Made by a program: the position numbers and the translations under genes. This document shows, piece after piece, positions 1 to 8,806 of a stretch of DNA of 64,000 nucleotides; the first letter of the stretch is position 1, and every line of letters starts with the position of its first letter. This stretch comes from a bacterium (lineage in GTDB: Bacteria > Zhuqueibacterota > Zhuqueibacteria > Oceanimicrobiales > Oceanimicrobiaceae): positions 1 to 64,000 of the forward strand of contig JBBIIG010000002.1 in assembly GCA_037446635.1 (NCBI GenBank), written 5' to 3'. Under the pieces are notes generated by a model. It was not told the DNA's origin. It worked only from the letters and a program-made list of their open reading frames with translations, and did no database searches.

Positions 1-1
1 T

Positions 2-1777
2 TACCAAAACTTCGACACCGAACTGCAGCGCGCCAACATCAGCATGGTTTTCGGCTCCGGGCCCTTCCCGCTTTTGCGTCAGCATCGGGAGCGCTATTCC
101 ATGGCGCTGTTGTTCGGCAGCGATCTCACCGACCTCATTTTCAATAAAGAAACCGTGCAGCAGATTTACGACGCCGATTACAACTTCGCCAAACCGCCGC
201 TCACGCCGCGGCTCACCGCGGTGCCCGGCGATAAAAAGGTGATTCTCTACTGGGACACCCGCGCCGAGAAATCGCGCGACCCGTTTTTAGCTTATAAAGA
301 AGACTTCGAAGGCTACCTCATTTATCGCAGCACCGAGCCGGAATTTCAGGACATCAAGGTCATCACCGATTCTCGCGGCGAGCCGCGCTACTGGAAGCCC
401 ATCGCCCAGTTCGATCTTATCGATGGCATTCGCGGCCCCGATCCCGTCGGCATCAACGGCGCCCACTTCTGGCGCGGCAGCGACACCGGCCTGCAGCACA
501 CCTTCATCGATTCCAACGTGGTGAACGGCCAGCGCTACTACTATGCGCTGGTGGCCTACGACCAGGGGGATCCCAATTTGGGGACGCGCGGCCTGCAGCC
601 TTCGGAAACCACCAAAATCATTCGCGAAGATTTTTCCGGCGTCCTTCAGTTTGTGGATATCAACTGCGCGGTGGTGACGCCCAACGCGCCCGCGGCCGGC
701 TACGTGCCGCCGGAAATTCAAGGCGAGACCAGCCGCCCCACGGCCGGCATCGGCAGCGGCTCCATCAACGTGCAGGTGTTGGCAGAAAGCGAGATTCAAG
801 AAAACGTCACGTACAAAGTGCTGTTCCATTCCAGCGGCGAGGCGCATAATTACAAAACCGTTTCGTATGATATCATTGACGTAACTCACGGCGTCACCCT
901 GCAATCCAACATCGATGCGCAACGGTTCGGCGCCGATATTTTTAGCCCGCCGGTGGCCGGCTTCGCGGTGTCTATTCAAAACGACACCAGCGTCACCGTG
1001 GATCTCGCCAACACCGGCTGGCTTTCCGGCAGCAGCAATCTCGATGTCCGCGTCTATCCCAGCATCAAATCCCGCGCGATCACCACGGTGTGGCCGGCAG
1101 ATTATGAGATTCGTTTCTTCGAGGATTTCGTGGACACCACCAATAATTTCAGAATTCCCATCAAATTTATGGTGTGGAATTTGTCGGATGATCGCCGCGC
1201 GGAGGTGGAGGTTTGGGACAACGATCGTTCGCGCACCCTCTCGCTGGGCGATGAATTCACCATCATCGAATTCATTGGTACGAATTTCCGCCTCACCTAT
1301 GACTTCACTTACTATGCGCCAACCGATCCCGCCGCGACCCCACGCGAGCCGCAGGCCGGCGACCGCTTCATCTTGCGCACCCGCAAGCCCTTCCGCGAAG
1401 GGGACTATTTTCAGTTTTCCACCCGCGCCGCGCGCGTGGAAAATCAACTGGCCAAACAGGAGCTCAGCCGAATTGCGGTGGTGCCCAATCCGTACATCGC
1501 CACGGCCACCTGGGAGCGCCGCACCCTCAACCAGACCGGCCGCGGCCAACGCAAGATTGACTTCATCCATCTTCCGCAGGAATGCACCATTCGCATTTAT
1601 AGCATTTCCGGATCGCTGGTGAAAACCATTCACCATCAGGCCGGCGCCGCCGACGGTGCGGAATCGTGGAACCTGGTCTCCGACGACGGGATGGACATTG
1701 CGTTTGGTTACTACATTTTTCACGTCGATGCCCCGGGCGTCGGCCAGCATATCGGCAAATTTGCCGTCATTAAGTAA
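2..1777 (+). CDS. Large secreted/surface protein (5'-truncated) with FN3-like domain and FlgD/T9SS-like C-terminal domain
   Basis: Frame is open from base 2. It has a PxLTAVPGDKKVILYWD...FEGYLIYRS...YYYALVAYD FN3-like segment and a C-terminus IAVVPNPY...CTIRIYSISGSLVK...WNL...GYYIFHV...GKFAVIK. Confidence 0.75.
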   Translation, partial: YQNFDTELQRANISMVFGSGPFPLLRQHRERYSMALLFGSDLTDLIFNKETVQQIYDADYNFAKPPLTPRLTAVPGDKKVILYWDTRAEKSRDPFLAYKEDFEGYLIYRSTEPEFQDIKVITDSRGEPRYWKPIAQFDLIDGIRGPDPVGINGAHFWRGSDTGLQHTFIDSNVVNGQRYYYALVAYDQGDPNLGTRGLQPSETTKIIREDFSGVLQFVDINCAVVTPNAPAAGYVPPEIQGETSRPTAGIGSGSINVQVLAESEIQENVTYKVLFHSSGEAHNYKTVSYDIIDVTHGVTLQSNIDAQRFGADIFSPPVAGFAVSIQNDTSVTVDLANTGWLSGSSNLDVRVYPSIKSRAITTVWPADYEIRFFEDFVDTTNNFRIPIKFMVWNLSDDRRAEVEVWDNDRSRTLSLGDEFTIIEFIGTNFRLTYDFTYYAPTDPAATPREPQAGDRFILRTRKPFREGDYFQFSTRAARVENQLAKQELSRIAVVPNPYIATATWERRTLNQTGRGQRKIDFIHLPQECTIRIYSISGSLVKTIHHQAGAADGAESWNLVSDDGMDIAFGYYIFHVDAPGVGQHIGKFAVIK

Positions 1778-1793
1778 TCGAGGGTTGAATCCA

Positions 1794-2834
1794 ATGAGAG
1801 CACGAATTCCATTTAGCACACTCGTTTTGATTTTCATTTTTGCTGTCAGCGCCTGGCCGCAGGAACAGCCCTTTAAATCGAATGTCTCCAAACGCGGCAC
1901 CACGGCGGCGGGGTTTCTGGAAATTGGCGTGGGCGCGCGCGCCCTGGCCATGGGCAGCGCCTTCGTGGCGCTGGCCGACGACCCCACCACCATCTACTGG
2001 AACGTCGGCGGCCTGGCGAAATTGCAAAAGCACGGCGTCACCTTTACTCACAACGACTGGGTCGCCGGCACCAAGTTCGATTTCATCGCCGGCAGCTACC
2101 AACTGGGAGACTTCGGCGCCCTCGGCGTGAGCTTCACCAATTTCAGTTTGGGTGAAATGGAGGTGCGCACGGTGGACGAGCCGGAAGGCACCGGCCAGAT
2201 TTTTGGCGGCAACGACGTCGCCTTCACCCTGGCCTACGCCATGAACCTCACCGACAATTTTGCCATCGGCCTCGCCGCCAAGTTTATTCGCCAGTCCATC
2301 TGGGATATGCACGCCAACGCCTTTGCGGTGGATGTGGGCGTGCATTATCAATTGCCGTTCAAGGGTTTCACCCTCGGGGCCGCCATGACCAATTTCGGCA
2401 CCAACATGAAAATGACTGGCGACAACAGTATGATTTTACACGACCCGGATCCGCAGAACAGCGGCAACAACGGCCGCATTCCGGGGAACCTGCAAATGGA
2501 GTCGTGGTCGCTGCCGCTGAATTTTCAGGTGGGGCTGGCTTATCAAGCGTTTCGCACCGAACATCACCGTATGCTGTTAGCCGTGGATGCCCTTCATCCC
2601 AACAACGATTACGAGAGTTTGAACGTGGGGGCAGAGTACGTGTTTAATGATTTTTTCGCGATTCGCGGCGGCTACAAATCGCTGTTTCTTTCCGATTCCG
2701 AAGAGTCTTACACCGTGGGAGTGGGGATCCAGCGGGCGATTGTCGGCGAGGTGCGCATCGCGCTGGATGTGGCCTACGCAGATTTTGGGCGGCTGGATAA
2801 TGCCAAGAAGATTTCGTTCTCGATTGAATTTTAG
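1794..2834 (+). CDS. PorV/PorQ-family outer-membrane beta-barrel protein
   Basis: Signal peptide, FLEIGVGARALAMGSAFVALADDPTTIYWN motif, amphipathic strands and C-terminal Phe. ATG at 1794 preferred over the ORF-track start. Confidence 0.85.
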   Translation: MRARIPFSTLVLIFIFAVSAWPQEQPFKSNVSKRGTTAAGFLEIGVGARALAMGSAFVALADDPTTIYWNVGGLAKLQKHGVTFTHNDWVAGTKFDFIAGSYQLGDFGALGVSFTNFSLGEMEVRTVDEPEGTGQIFGGNDVAFTLAYAMNLTDNFAIGLAAKFIRQSIWDMHANAFAVDVGVHYQLPFKGFTLGAAMTNFGTNMKMTGDNSMILHDPDPQNSGNNGRIPGNLQMESWSLPLNFQVGLAYQAFRTEHHRMLLAVDALHPNNDYESLNVGAEYVFNDFFAIRGGYKSLFLSDSEESYTVGVGIQRAIVGEVRIALDVAYADFGRLDNAKKISFSIEF

Positions 2835-2887
2835 AAGAAAATATCTTGCGAAGTTCGATGGCGGCTGTCGTTTCATAATCACCGGCT

Positions 2888-2979
2888 TGTCATTCAGGAG
2901 GAAACTTTCCGTGAAACGGCTCTGTTTCCGATTAGCAATCATCCGGATATCTCAATAAAAAGACTCTTCCTAAGTGACA
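2888..2979. repeat. REP-like inverted-repeat element, copy 1 (TGTCATTCAGGAGGAAACTTT...AAAGACTCTTCCTAAGTGACA)
   Basis: The 21-bp left arm is identical to 24498-24518. The right arm is an imperfect (16/21) inverted copy. Confidence 0.7.
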
Positions 2980-3057
2980 TTTTGCCTTTGCTCATGGGTC
3001 TACATCATGCACTTACTTTCAAAAATAAGTCTTAAACATACCTGCAATGGCAGCCGG

Positions 3058-5073
3058 ATGAATTTGGCTGCCATTGTCGTTTTTACGATTTCCGTCACGG
3101 CTTCATTGCCGGCGCAGGTATTCGTCGATCAAGTCGGGTATCTTCCGAAAGCGCAGAAATTGGTTTTGGTGGCCGGTGCTTCCGACAGTTTTTATGTTCA
3201 CAAAGTTAATAATAGTGAGACGGTTTTTCGTGGTAAGCTCAATCTCTGGAAAACGAATGACCCCTCAACGGCGATGACCCTCTACCTCGGCGATTTCACG
3301 GGTCTGGAAACTCGGGACGAATATTTCATCCGCGCCGGCGCTTTCGATTCCTATCGGTTTATGATCGCCGATTCCGTTTACTTTAACGCCTACAAAAAAT
3401 CGTTGAAAGGATTTTATTTCCAGCGCTGCGGATCGGATTTGCTGCAAGTTCACGCCGGCGAATACGCCCACAGCCGCTGTCACATCGGCGACGGGTTTTA
3501 TCACACCTCCACCGACACCAACGGCTTCGTGCTGGCGCGCGGCGGCTGGCACGACGCCGGCGACTACGGCAAGTACGTGGTGAATGCCGGCATTTCCGTG
3601 GCCACCCTGCTCATGGCCTACGAATATTTTACCCAGCAATTCAATCAGGACAATCTCAACCTCCCGGAAAGCGGCAACGGCGTCCCGGATTTATTGGACG
3701 AAGCGAGATACGAGATTGAATGGTTGCTGACGATGCAGCACTCGCACGGCGGCGTCCATCACAAGCTGACCAGCGAACAGTTTTCCGGATTTGTGATGCC
3801 GCAACATCATACCGGCCTGCGCTACCTTTATGAAATTTCCTCCACCGCCACCGCCGATTTTGCTGCGGTGATGGCGCGCGCCGCCCGAGTGTACCAGCCG
3901 TTCGATGCGGATTTCGCCCAGACCTGTCTCGCGGCCGCCGAAAAGGCCTGGCAGTTTTTGCTAAATAATCCTTTCATTGTGCCATTTCCAGATGGATTTA
4001 AAAATCCCACCGGTACTGCGACGGGCGAGTACGGCGACGGCGACGATTCCGATGAACGGCTGTGGGCCGCGGCGGAGTTGTTCGCCGCCACCGGCGATGA
4101 AAGTTATCAAACCACCTTTTCACTTTTCGCGGAAAGTTTGGGGTTAATTGACCGCGCCATGTCCTGGCCCGATGTGAAAACCATGGCGCATTTGACGTTT
4201 CTGTTGGGCGCGCCCGCCAGCACCGATCAAAATTTGCGCGATCGCATTTATCATTCGCTGCTGGATTATTGCGAAGAGCTGCTGCGAATTCGGGGCGCCA
4301 GCGGCTTTCACGTGCTCATCGAGCCGGGAGAATATTATTGGGGCAGCAACTCCATTGCCCTCAACAAAGCGATCGTTTTGATTCTCGGCTACCAGCTGGC
4401 AAAGAAACCATCCTACTACGACGCGGCTTTAGATCAGTTTCATTATGTTTTAGGGGCCAACGCCCATAACATGTCGTTTGTGACCGGCATCGGATCGAAC
4501 TCGCCGCGGCATCCACATCATCGGCCGTCGGTTGCGGACGGGGTGGAGGCGCCGGTGCCGGGACTGCTGGTCGGCGGCCCCAACCAATATCTCAACGATC
4601 CCGAGCTGCGCGCCCGTTTCGATGCCAGCACGCCGCCGGCACTAACTTACGTGGATGACGTGGACAGCTACGCCTCCAACGAAATCGCCATCAATTGGAA
4701 CGCACCGCTGGTGCTGGTGGCGGGATTTTTTGCCAGCTTCGATATCGCCACCGGCGTGCGCGACTATAAATCCGAAATCCCGGAGACCTTTCGGCTTTAT
4801 CAAAATTATCCCAATCCTTTTCCGCGGCGCGGATCCGCTTGGGCGGACAATCCCTCCACCACCATCGCGTTCGATTTGTATCGCAGCGGTTTTACCACCC
4901 TTAAAATTTATGATGTGCTGGGTCGCGAGATTGCGACGCTCGTGGCCGAGTCCCTGACCGCTGGCTCGCACGCCCGGGTGTTTGAAAGCGCGCAATTGGC
5001 TTCCGGAGTTTATTTTTATGAACTGCAAGCCGGGGGATTTCGGAAGCACCGCCGGATGCTGTTGCTGCGCTGA
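3058..5073 (+). CDS. Glycoside hydrolase family 9 (CelD-like endoglucanase) with N-terminal Ig domain and T9SS type-A sorting domain
   Basis: DQVGYLP, GGWHDAGDYGKYV, PHHRPS and YVDDVDSYASNEIAINWNA GH9 motifs; CTD LYQNYPNPF...LKIYDVLGREIATLV...LASGVYFY. Confidence 0.9.
   Translation: MNLAAIVVFTISVTASLPAQVFVDQVGYLPKAQKLVLVAGASDSFYVHKVNNSETVFRGKLNLWKTNDPSTAMTLYLGDFTGLETRDEYFIRAGAFDSYRFMIADSVYFNAYKKSLKGFYFQRCGSDLLQVHAGEYAHSRCHIGDGFYHTSTDTNGFVLARGGWHDAGDYGKYVVNAGISVATLLMAYEYFTQQFNQDNLNLPESGNGVPDLLDEARYEIEWLLTMQHSHGGVHHKLTSEQFSGFVMPQHHTGLRYLYEISSTATADFAAVMARAARVYQPFDADFAQTCLAAAEKAWQFLLNNPFIVPFPDGFKNPTGTATGEYGDGDDSDERLWAAAELFAATGDESYQTTFSLFAESLGLIDRAMSWPDVKTMAHLTFLLGAPASTDQNLRDRIYHSLLDYCEELLRIRGASGFHVLIEPGEYYWGSNSIALNKAIVLILGYQLAKKPSYYDAALDQFHYVLGANAHNMSFVTGIGSNSPRHPHHRPSVADGVEAPVPGLLVGGPNQYLNDPELRARFDASTPPALTYVDDVDSYASNEIAINWNAPLVLVAGFFASFDIATGVRDYKSEIPETFRLYQNYPNPFPRRGSAWADNPSTTIAFDLYRSGFTTLKIYDVLGREIATLVAESLTAGSHARVFESAQLASGVYFYELQAGGFRKHRRMLLLR
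4821..4847. repeat. 27-bp twin-hairpin palindrome inserted in frame in the GH9 CTD
   Basis: TCCGCGGCGCGGA plus TCCGCTTGGGCGGA; removing it restores NYPNPF-NPST. Confidence 0.8.
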
Positions 5074-5381
5074 ATTCTGTCTCGATCTAACTTCCACTTC
5101 GTTTGACGCTAATCACGGCGCCGTTAAAAAAGATGCCTTTGTGCGCATCGAGGGTTTTCCATTGTTGAAGGTTTTTGTCCGTATATTTGGGTGTTAAACA
5201 CTCAACCTGTGCAAGAACTTTTTAGGGTTGGAACATTCCGATGACGAAGACGGGGCAGACATGTTCCTTCGTAAATTGATTTTACAATAGTCAAGTTGTG
5301 AAATAGAGTGTTAAGCATCGCTTATCAGAAGCAGGAATGCGGCAGAATGTCTGCTTCTCCAAAAAACCACAGGTTTTCCCC

Positions 5382-5410
5382 TTGACTCTCCATTCCTTTT
5401 GGGCTATTTT
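5382..5410 (+). promoter_or_regulatory. Putative sigma70 promoter for yjbQ
   Basis: TTGACT-17 bp-TATTTT. Confidence 0.4.
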
Positions 5411-5435
5411 AATGTTGTAATATTGGAGTGGTGCG

Positions 5436-5828
5436 ATGATCAAAGAATTTTCCGTCAAAACCAATCAACAAGTGGAGTTGGTGAAAATTACCAGCCAGGT
5501 GCAGCGCGTGGTGGAGGAAAGCGGCGTGCGCGAAGGCGTGTGCCACGTTTATGTGCCGCACACCACCGCTGGCGTCACCATCAACGAGGGCGCGGACCCG
5601 GACGTGACGCGCGACATGATCATGGAACTGAACAAGATCATCCCCTTTGAAGACAACTACCGCCACGGCGAGGGCAACTCCGCGGCGCACATCAAAACCA
5701 GCCTGGTGGGCGCCTCCGCGACTGTCTTCGTTCAAAATGGCAAGTTGCTGTTAGGAACCTGGCAGGCGATTTTCTTCTGCGAGTTCGACGGCCCGCGCAC
5801 CCGGCGCGTGCAGGTTTTCGTGTCATGA
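5436..5828 (+). CDS. yjbQ: YjbQ/UPF0047 family (secondary thiamine-phosphate synthase)
   Basis: PHTTAGVTINE, HGEGNSAAHIK and LGTWQAIFFCEFDGPR motifs. Confidence 0.92.
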   Translation: MIKEFSVKTNQQVELVKITSQVQRVVEESGVREGVCHVYVPHTTAGVTINEGADPDVTRDMIMELNKIIPFEDNYRHGEGNSAAHIKTSLVGASATVFVQNGKLLLGTWQAIFFCEFDGPRTRRVQVFVS

Positions 5829-6928
5829 ATAAAACCACCAGTAAAGAGCCGGGCCTCGGAAAAGTTCTGCGCGAAGACTTTCGCCGTGGCGATCTCAAAA
5901 AGACCCTGCGCCAGGATTATCGCGACGTTAAGGATTTCTTCCTCGATGAAGAACGCCGCGATCGTCTCGCTAAAATGAACTGGCTCAAGCGCGGATTTTT
6001 TCTTGCCTGGTGGTTGTTGAAGGCGCTGTTTTTGAAATTGACGCCGGCCCGCCGGCTGCTGCTTTTGATCGCGCTTTTTCTGCTGCTCAGCGCCGGCTCG
6101 ATCATCTTTGAGAGTCACCAGACCACGGCGCAAAACGACACCAAAATTCTCGGCGCCGTCCTCCTGCTTTTCATTTTGCTTTTAGAATTGAAAGATAAGC
6201 TGATTGCGCAGGACGAGCTGCAGGCCGGCCGGGCGGTGCAGCGCGCCCTCATGCCGGAGACCAGCCCCTCGGCGCCGGGCTGGGAGGTGTGGCTGTTCAC
6301 CCAACCCGCCAACGACGTCGGCGGCGATTTGATCGATTTTCTTGAAATCAAAAAAGGGCGCTACGGCGTGGCCATCGGCGACGTCGCCGGCAAAGGGCTG
6401 GCGGCGGCGCTGTTTACGGCCAAGCTGCAAGCGACCCTGCGCGCGCTGGCAACCGACGCCTCGTCGCTGGCCGAGTTAGCCGCCAGGATGAATCACATTT
6501 TGTACCGCGACGGCCTGCCCAGCCGCTTTGCCTCCCTGATCTATTTTGAGATGAGTCAAAAATCGGCGGCCGTGCGAGTGCTGAACGCCGGCCACATGCC
6601 GCCCATCGTGGTGCGCAAAAGAAGCGTGAAAGAGATGCCCAAAGGCGGTCAGGCGCTGGGAATTATGCCGAAGATTTCGCTGGCCGAGCAGGAAATCACC
6701 CTGCGCCCGGGGGACGCGCTGGTGGCCTACTCCGACGGCGTGACCGAAGCCCGCAATCTGGCTGGCGAATTTTTTGGCGAGGCGCGGCTGCGGAGTCAGC
6801 TCTCGAAATTTGCCAATCGCACCGCCCGCGAAATCGGCGAAGGCATTTTGGCGGCCGCGGCGCAATTTGTCGGCGAGGCGCGCCCCCACGACGATTTGTC
6901 CGTGGTGGTGCTGCGCCGGATGGCTTAG
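5825..6928 (+). CDS. Membrane-anchored SpoIIE/RsbU-type PP2C phosphatase
   Basis: N-terminal TM helices; VGGDLID, GDVAGKG, YSDGVTEA and PHDDLS motifs. Confidence 0.88.
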   Translation: MNKTTSKEPGLGKVLREDFRRGDLKKTLRQDYRDVKDFFLDEERRDRLAKMNWLKRGFFLAWWLLKALFLKLTPARRLLLLIALFLLLSAGSIIFESHQTTAQNDTKILGAVLLLFILLLELKDKLIAQDELQAGRAVQRALMPETSPSAPGWEVWLFTQPANDVGGDLIDFLEIKKGRYGVAIGDVAGKGLAAALFTAKLQATLRALATDASSLAELAARMNHILYRDGLPSRFASLIYFEMSQKSAAVRVLNAGHMPPIVVRKRSVKEMPKGGQALGIMPKISLAEQEITLRPGDALVAYSDGVTEARNLAGEFFGEARLRSQLSKFANRTAREIGEGILAAAAQFVGEARPHDDLSVVVLRRMA

Positions 6929-7000
6929 TCTCGGATTATTCACAAATTTTTTAAGCTGAACAATTTTGTGATAATGAAACTTTCAATTGCTTAAAAACGC

Positions 7001-7106
7001 GGAGTAATGGAGTAATGGATTGTTGGATCGATGTAACGCAAACCTCTGGTTTGCATCTCAAAGCAGAGCTTTGAGATACATTACTCCATTGCTCCAACAC
7101 TCCATC
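7001..7106. repeat. Inverted octamer-repeat hairpin (GGAGTAAT)n...(ATTACTCC)n with two internal hairpins
   Basis: GGAGTAATGGAGTAATGGATTGTTGG opposes CATTACTCCATTGCTCCAACACTCC; inner hairpins GCAAACC-TCT-GGTTTGC and ATCTCAAAGC-AGA-GCTTTGAGAT. Confidence 0.7.
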
Positions 7107-7154
7107 CTGCATTTCGATTAGACCGTCGCCCCGATTAGGAACAGTTCAGGTTAG

Positions 7155-8801
7155 ATGTCACCCATCCAAATTAGCAAAATTGGGTTGGCGGCGCTGCTGA
7201 TTTTGCTGGCCGCCGCCCTGCGAGCGCCGCAAATTGATGGCGACCCGCCGGCCGGCGACGTCTCGCGCTCCGGCGATTTCCTCGCCGATGAAGGCATCCA
7301 AGCAACCAACGCCCTGCAGTGGGCGCTGACCGGCGAGTGGTACATTCCCCAGGCGTTTAACCCGGCCGTCAACACGCCCGTTTTCACCCTTTACGAGTTT
7401 GGTTTGATGAAAGCCTTCGGCGTCAGTCTGGCGACGGTGCGCTACGGCGCGATTGTTTGCGGCGTACTATCTTTGGCACTGTTTTATTTTTTGCTAACCC
7501 GCTTTGATCGCCGGGCGGCGTGGTTCGCTCTGGGCTTGGGGGCGATTCATTTTCCCCTGCTCATTTACAACCGGCTGGCGCTCATCGAAAATCTGCTGCT
7601 AATTTTTTGCGTCGCGCTGGCGCTGATCCTGATCGCCGTCGCCCGCCGGCCGAGCGACCCCAAGTGGGTGGTCGCTTTTTGGCTGGTGTTCGCGCTGGCG
7701 TACCTCACCAAGCCCATCGTTTTGTTTTTCATCCCGCTTTTTTTCGCGGTCGCCTGGCAAGCCGATTCTAAAGCGCGGAAAAAGATTTTGGGAATTTCAC
7801 TTCTCACGGCGGCAGGCTTAGCGGCCGCCGTCTGGATTCTTTGGATCTCCCGTTTTTCCGACGACTGGAGTTACTACCAGCGCGTCAACCTTAGCGAGCG
7901 GATGGATTTGAATCCAATTGCACTGGCTAAAAATTATGCGCGCTATTTTTCCCACCTCAAGCTGTTTGAATTTATGCCGGTGCTCTACACCCTCGCCCTG
8001 CTCATGACGGCGCGCGGGCTGTATTTTTTTCGAGGAAAAGAGACGCCGCTGGTTGAACGCATTTTGATCCTCTGGCTGGCGCTGGGCTGGCTGCAATTCG
8101 CGTTTCTGGCGTATTCGCCGCCGCGCTTTGCGGTGATGTTAATTCCCCCAATCTTGGGCTTGAATGGATTATTTTTTTCAGAAATGTTTGGGCGGGATCG
8201 TTCCCAGTCAAAATCGTGGCCGGGGGTTGCGTTGGTTGCCGTGCTCATTGTTTGTGTGGCGCAAATCGCTTTTGGATTTTATCGCGTAAAGAATGGGCAA
8301 ATGTACCCCTCGTGTTTTCTGGCGCTGATTGCGCCGGCGGCCGTGCTGGCGCTCTGGCTTTTTTCAAAACAAAAATTGAACCGCGCAACAGTTGGCTGGA
8401 GCCTGCTGGCGCTCATCGCCGCCGTTCAGAGTTTTCAAATTTTTCGTTTTCATCTTAATATGGAATTTTCCCTGCGCCACGCCCTGCGCGAGACCGCCGC
8501 GGTTTTGCAGCAGGAAGACCCGCCGGCAAAAAAAGTCATCGCGGGCGATTTGGCTCACATGGTTGCCTTCGAGGCCCGCGCGCCGTTTGTGGACACCGGC
8601 TGCCGCCCGGAGCGGCTGCCGCAGCGCCTGAACACAGCGCGCCCCAACTACCTCATCCTCGAAGACGGCGACGCCGGTTTGGCGCGCCTGAAAGAAGGGA
8701 TGCCCGGTTACTGGCAGAACGTCAAGCCGTTGAAACGCTTTACCATTCTCAACAACTATCGCTCCGGGCGCGATGCGGTTTTGTATATTTTGGAAGAATA
8801 G
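7155..8801 (+). CDS. GT-C fold (ArnT/PMT-like) membrane glycosyltransferase
   Basis: About 12 TM helices, ADEG acidic motif in the first loop, AYLTKP motif. Confidence 0.75.
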   Translation: MSPIQISKIGLAALLILLAAALRAPQIDGDPPAGDVSRSGDFLADEGIQATNALQWALTGEWYIPQAFNPAVNTPVFTLYEFGLMKAFGVSLATVRYGAIVCGVLSLALFYFLLTRFDRRAAWFALGLGAIHFPLLIYNRLALIENLLLIFCVALALILIAVARRPSDPKWVVAFWLVFALAYLTKPIVLFFIPLFFAVAWQADSKARKKILGISLLTAAGLAAAVWILWISRFSDDWSYYQRVNLSERMDLNPIALAKNYARYFSHLKLFEFMPVLYTLALLMTARGLYFFRGKETPLVERILILWLALGWLQFAFLAYSPPRFAVMLIPPILGLNGLFFSEMFGRDRSQSKSWPGVALVAVLIVCVAQIAFGFYRVKNGQMYPSCFLALIAPAAVLALWLFSKQKLNRATVGWSLLALIAAVQSFQIFRFHLNMEFSLRHALRETAAVLQQEDPPAKKVIAGDLAHMVAFEARAPFVDTGCRPERLPQRLNTARPNYLILEDGDAGLARLKEGMPGYWQNVKPLKRFTILNNYRSGRDAVLYILEE

Positions 8802-8806
8802 CGGAT

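Noticed and set aside
287..1993. Long antisense ORFs (also 26213-27337, 33422-34600, 38904-40106, 45538-46482, 62906-63850)
   Set aside because: These are shadows of well-supported genes on the opposite strand and have no recognisable motifs.
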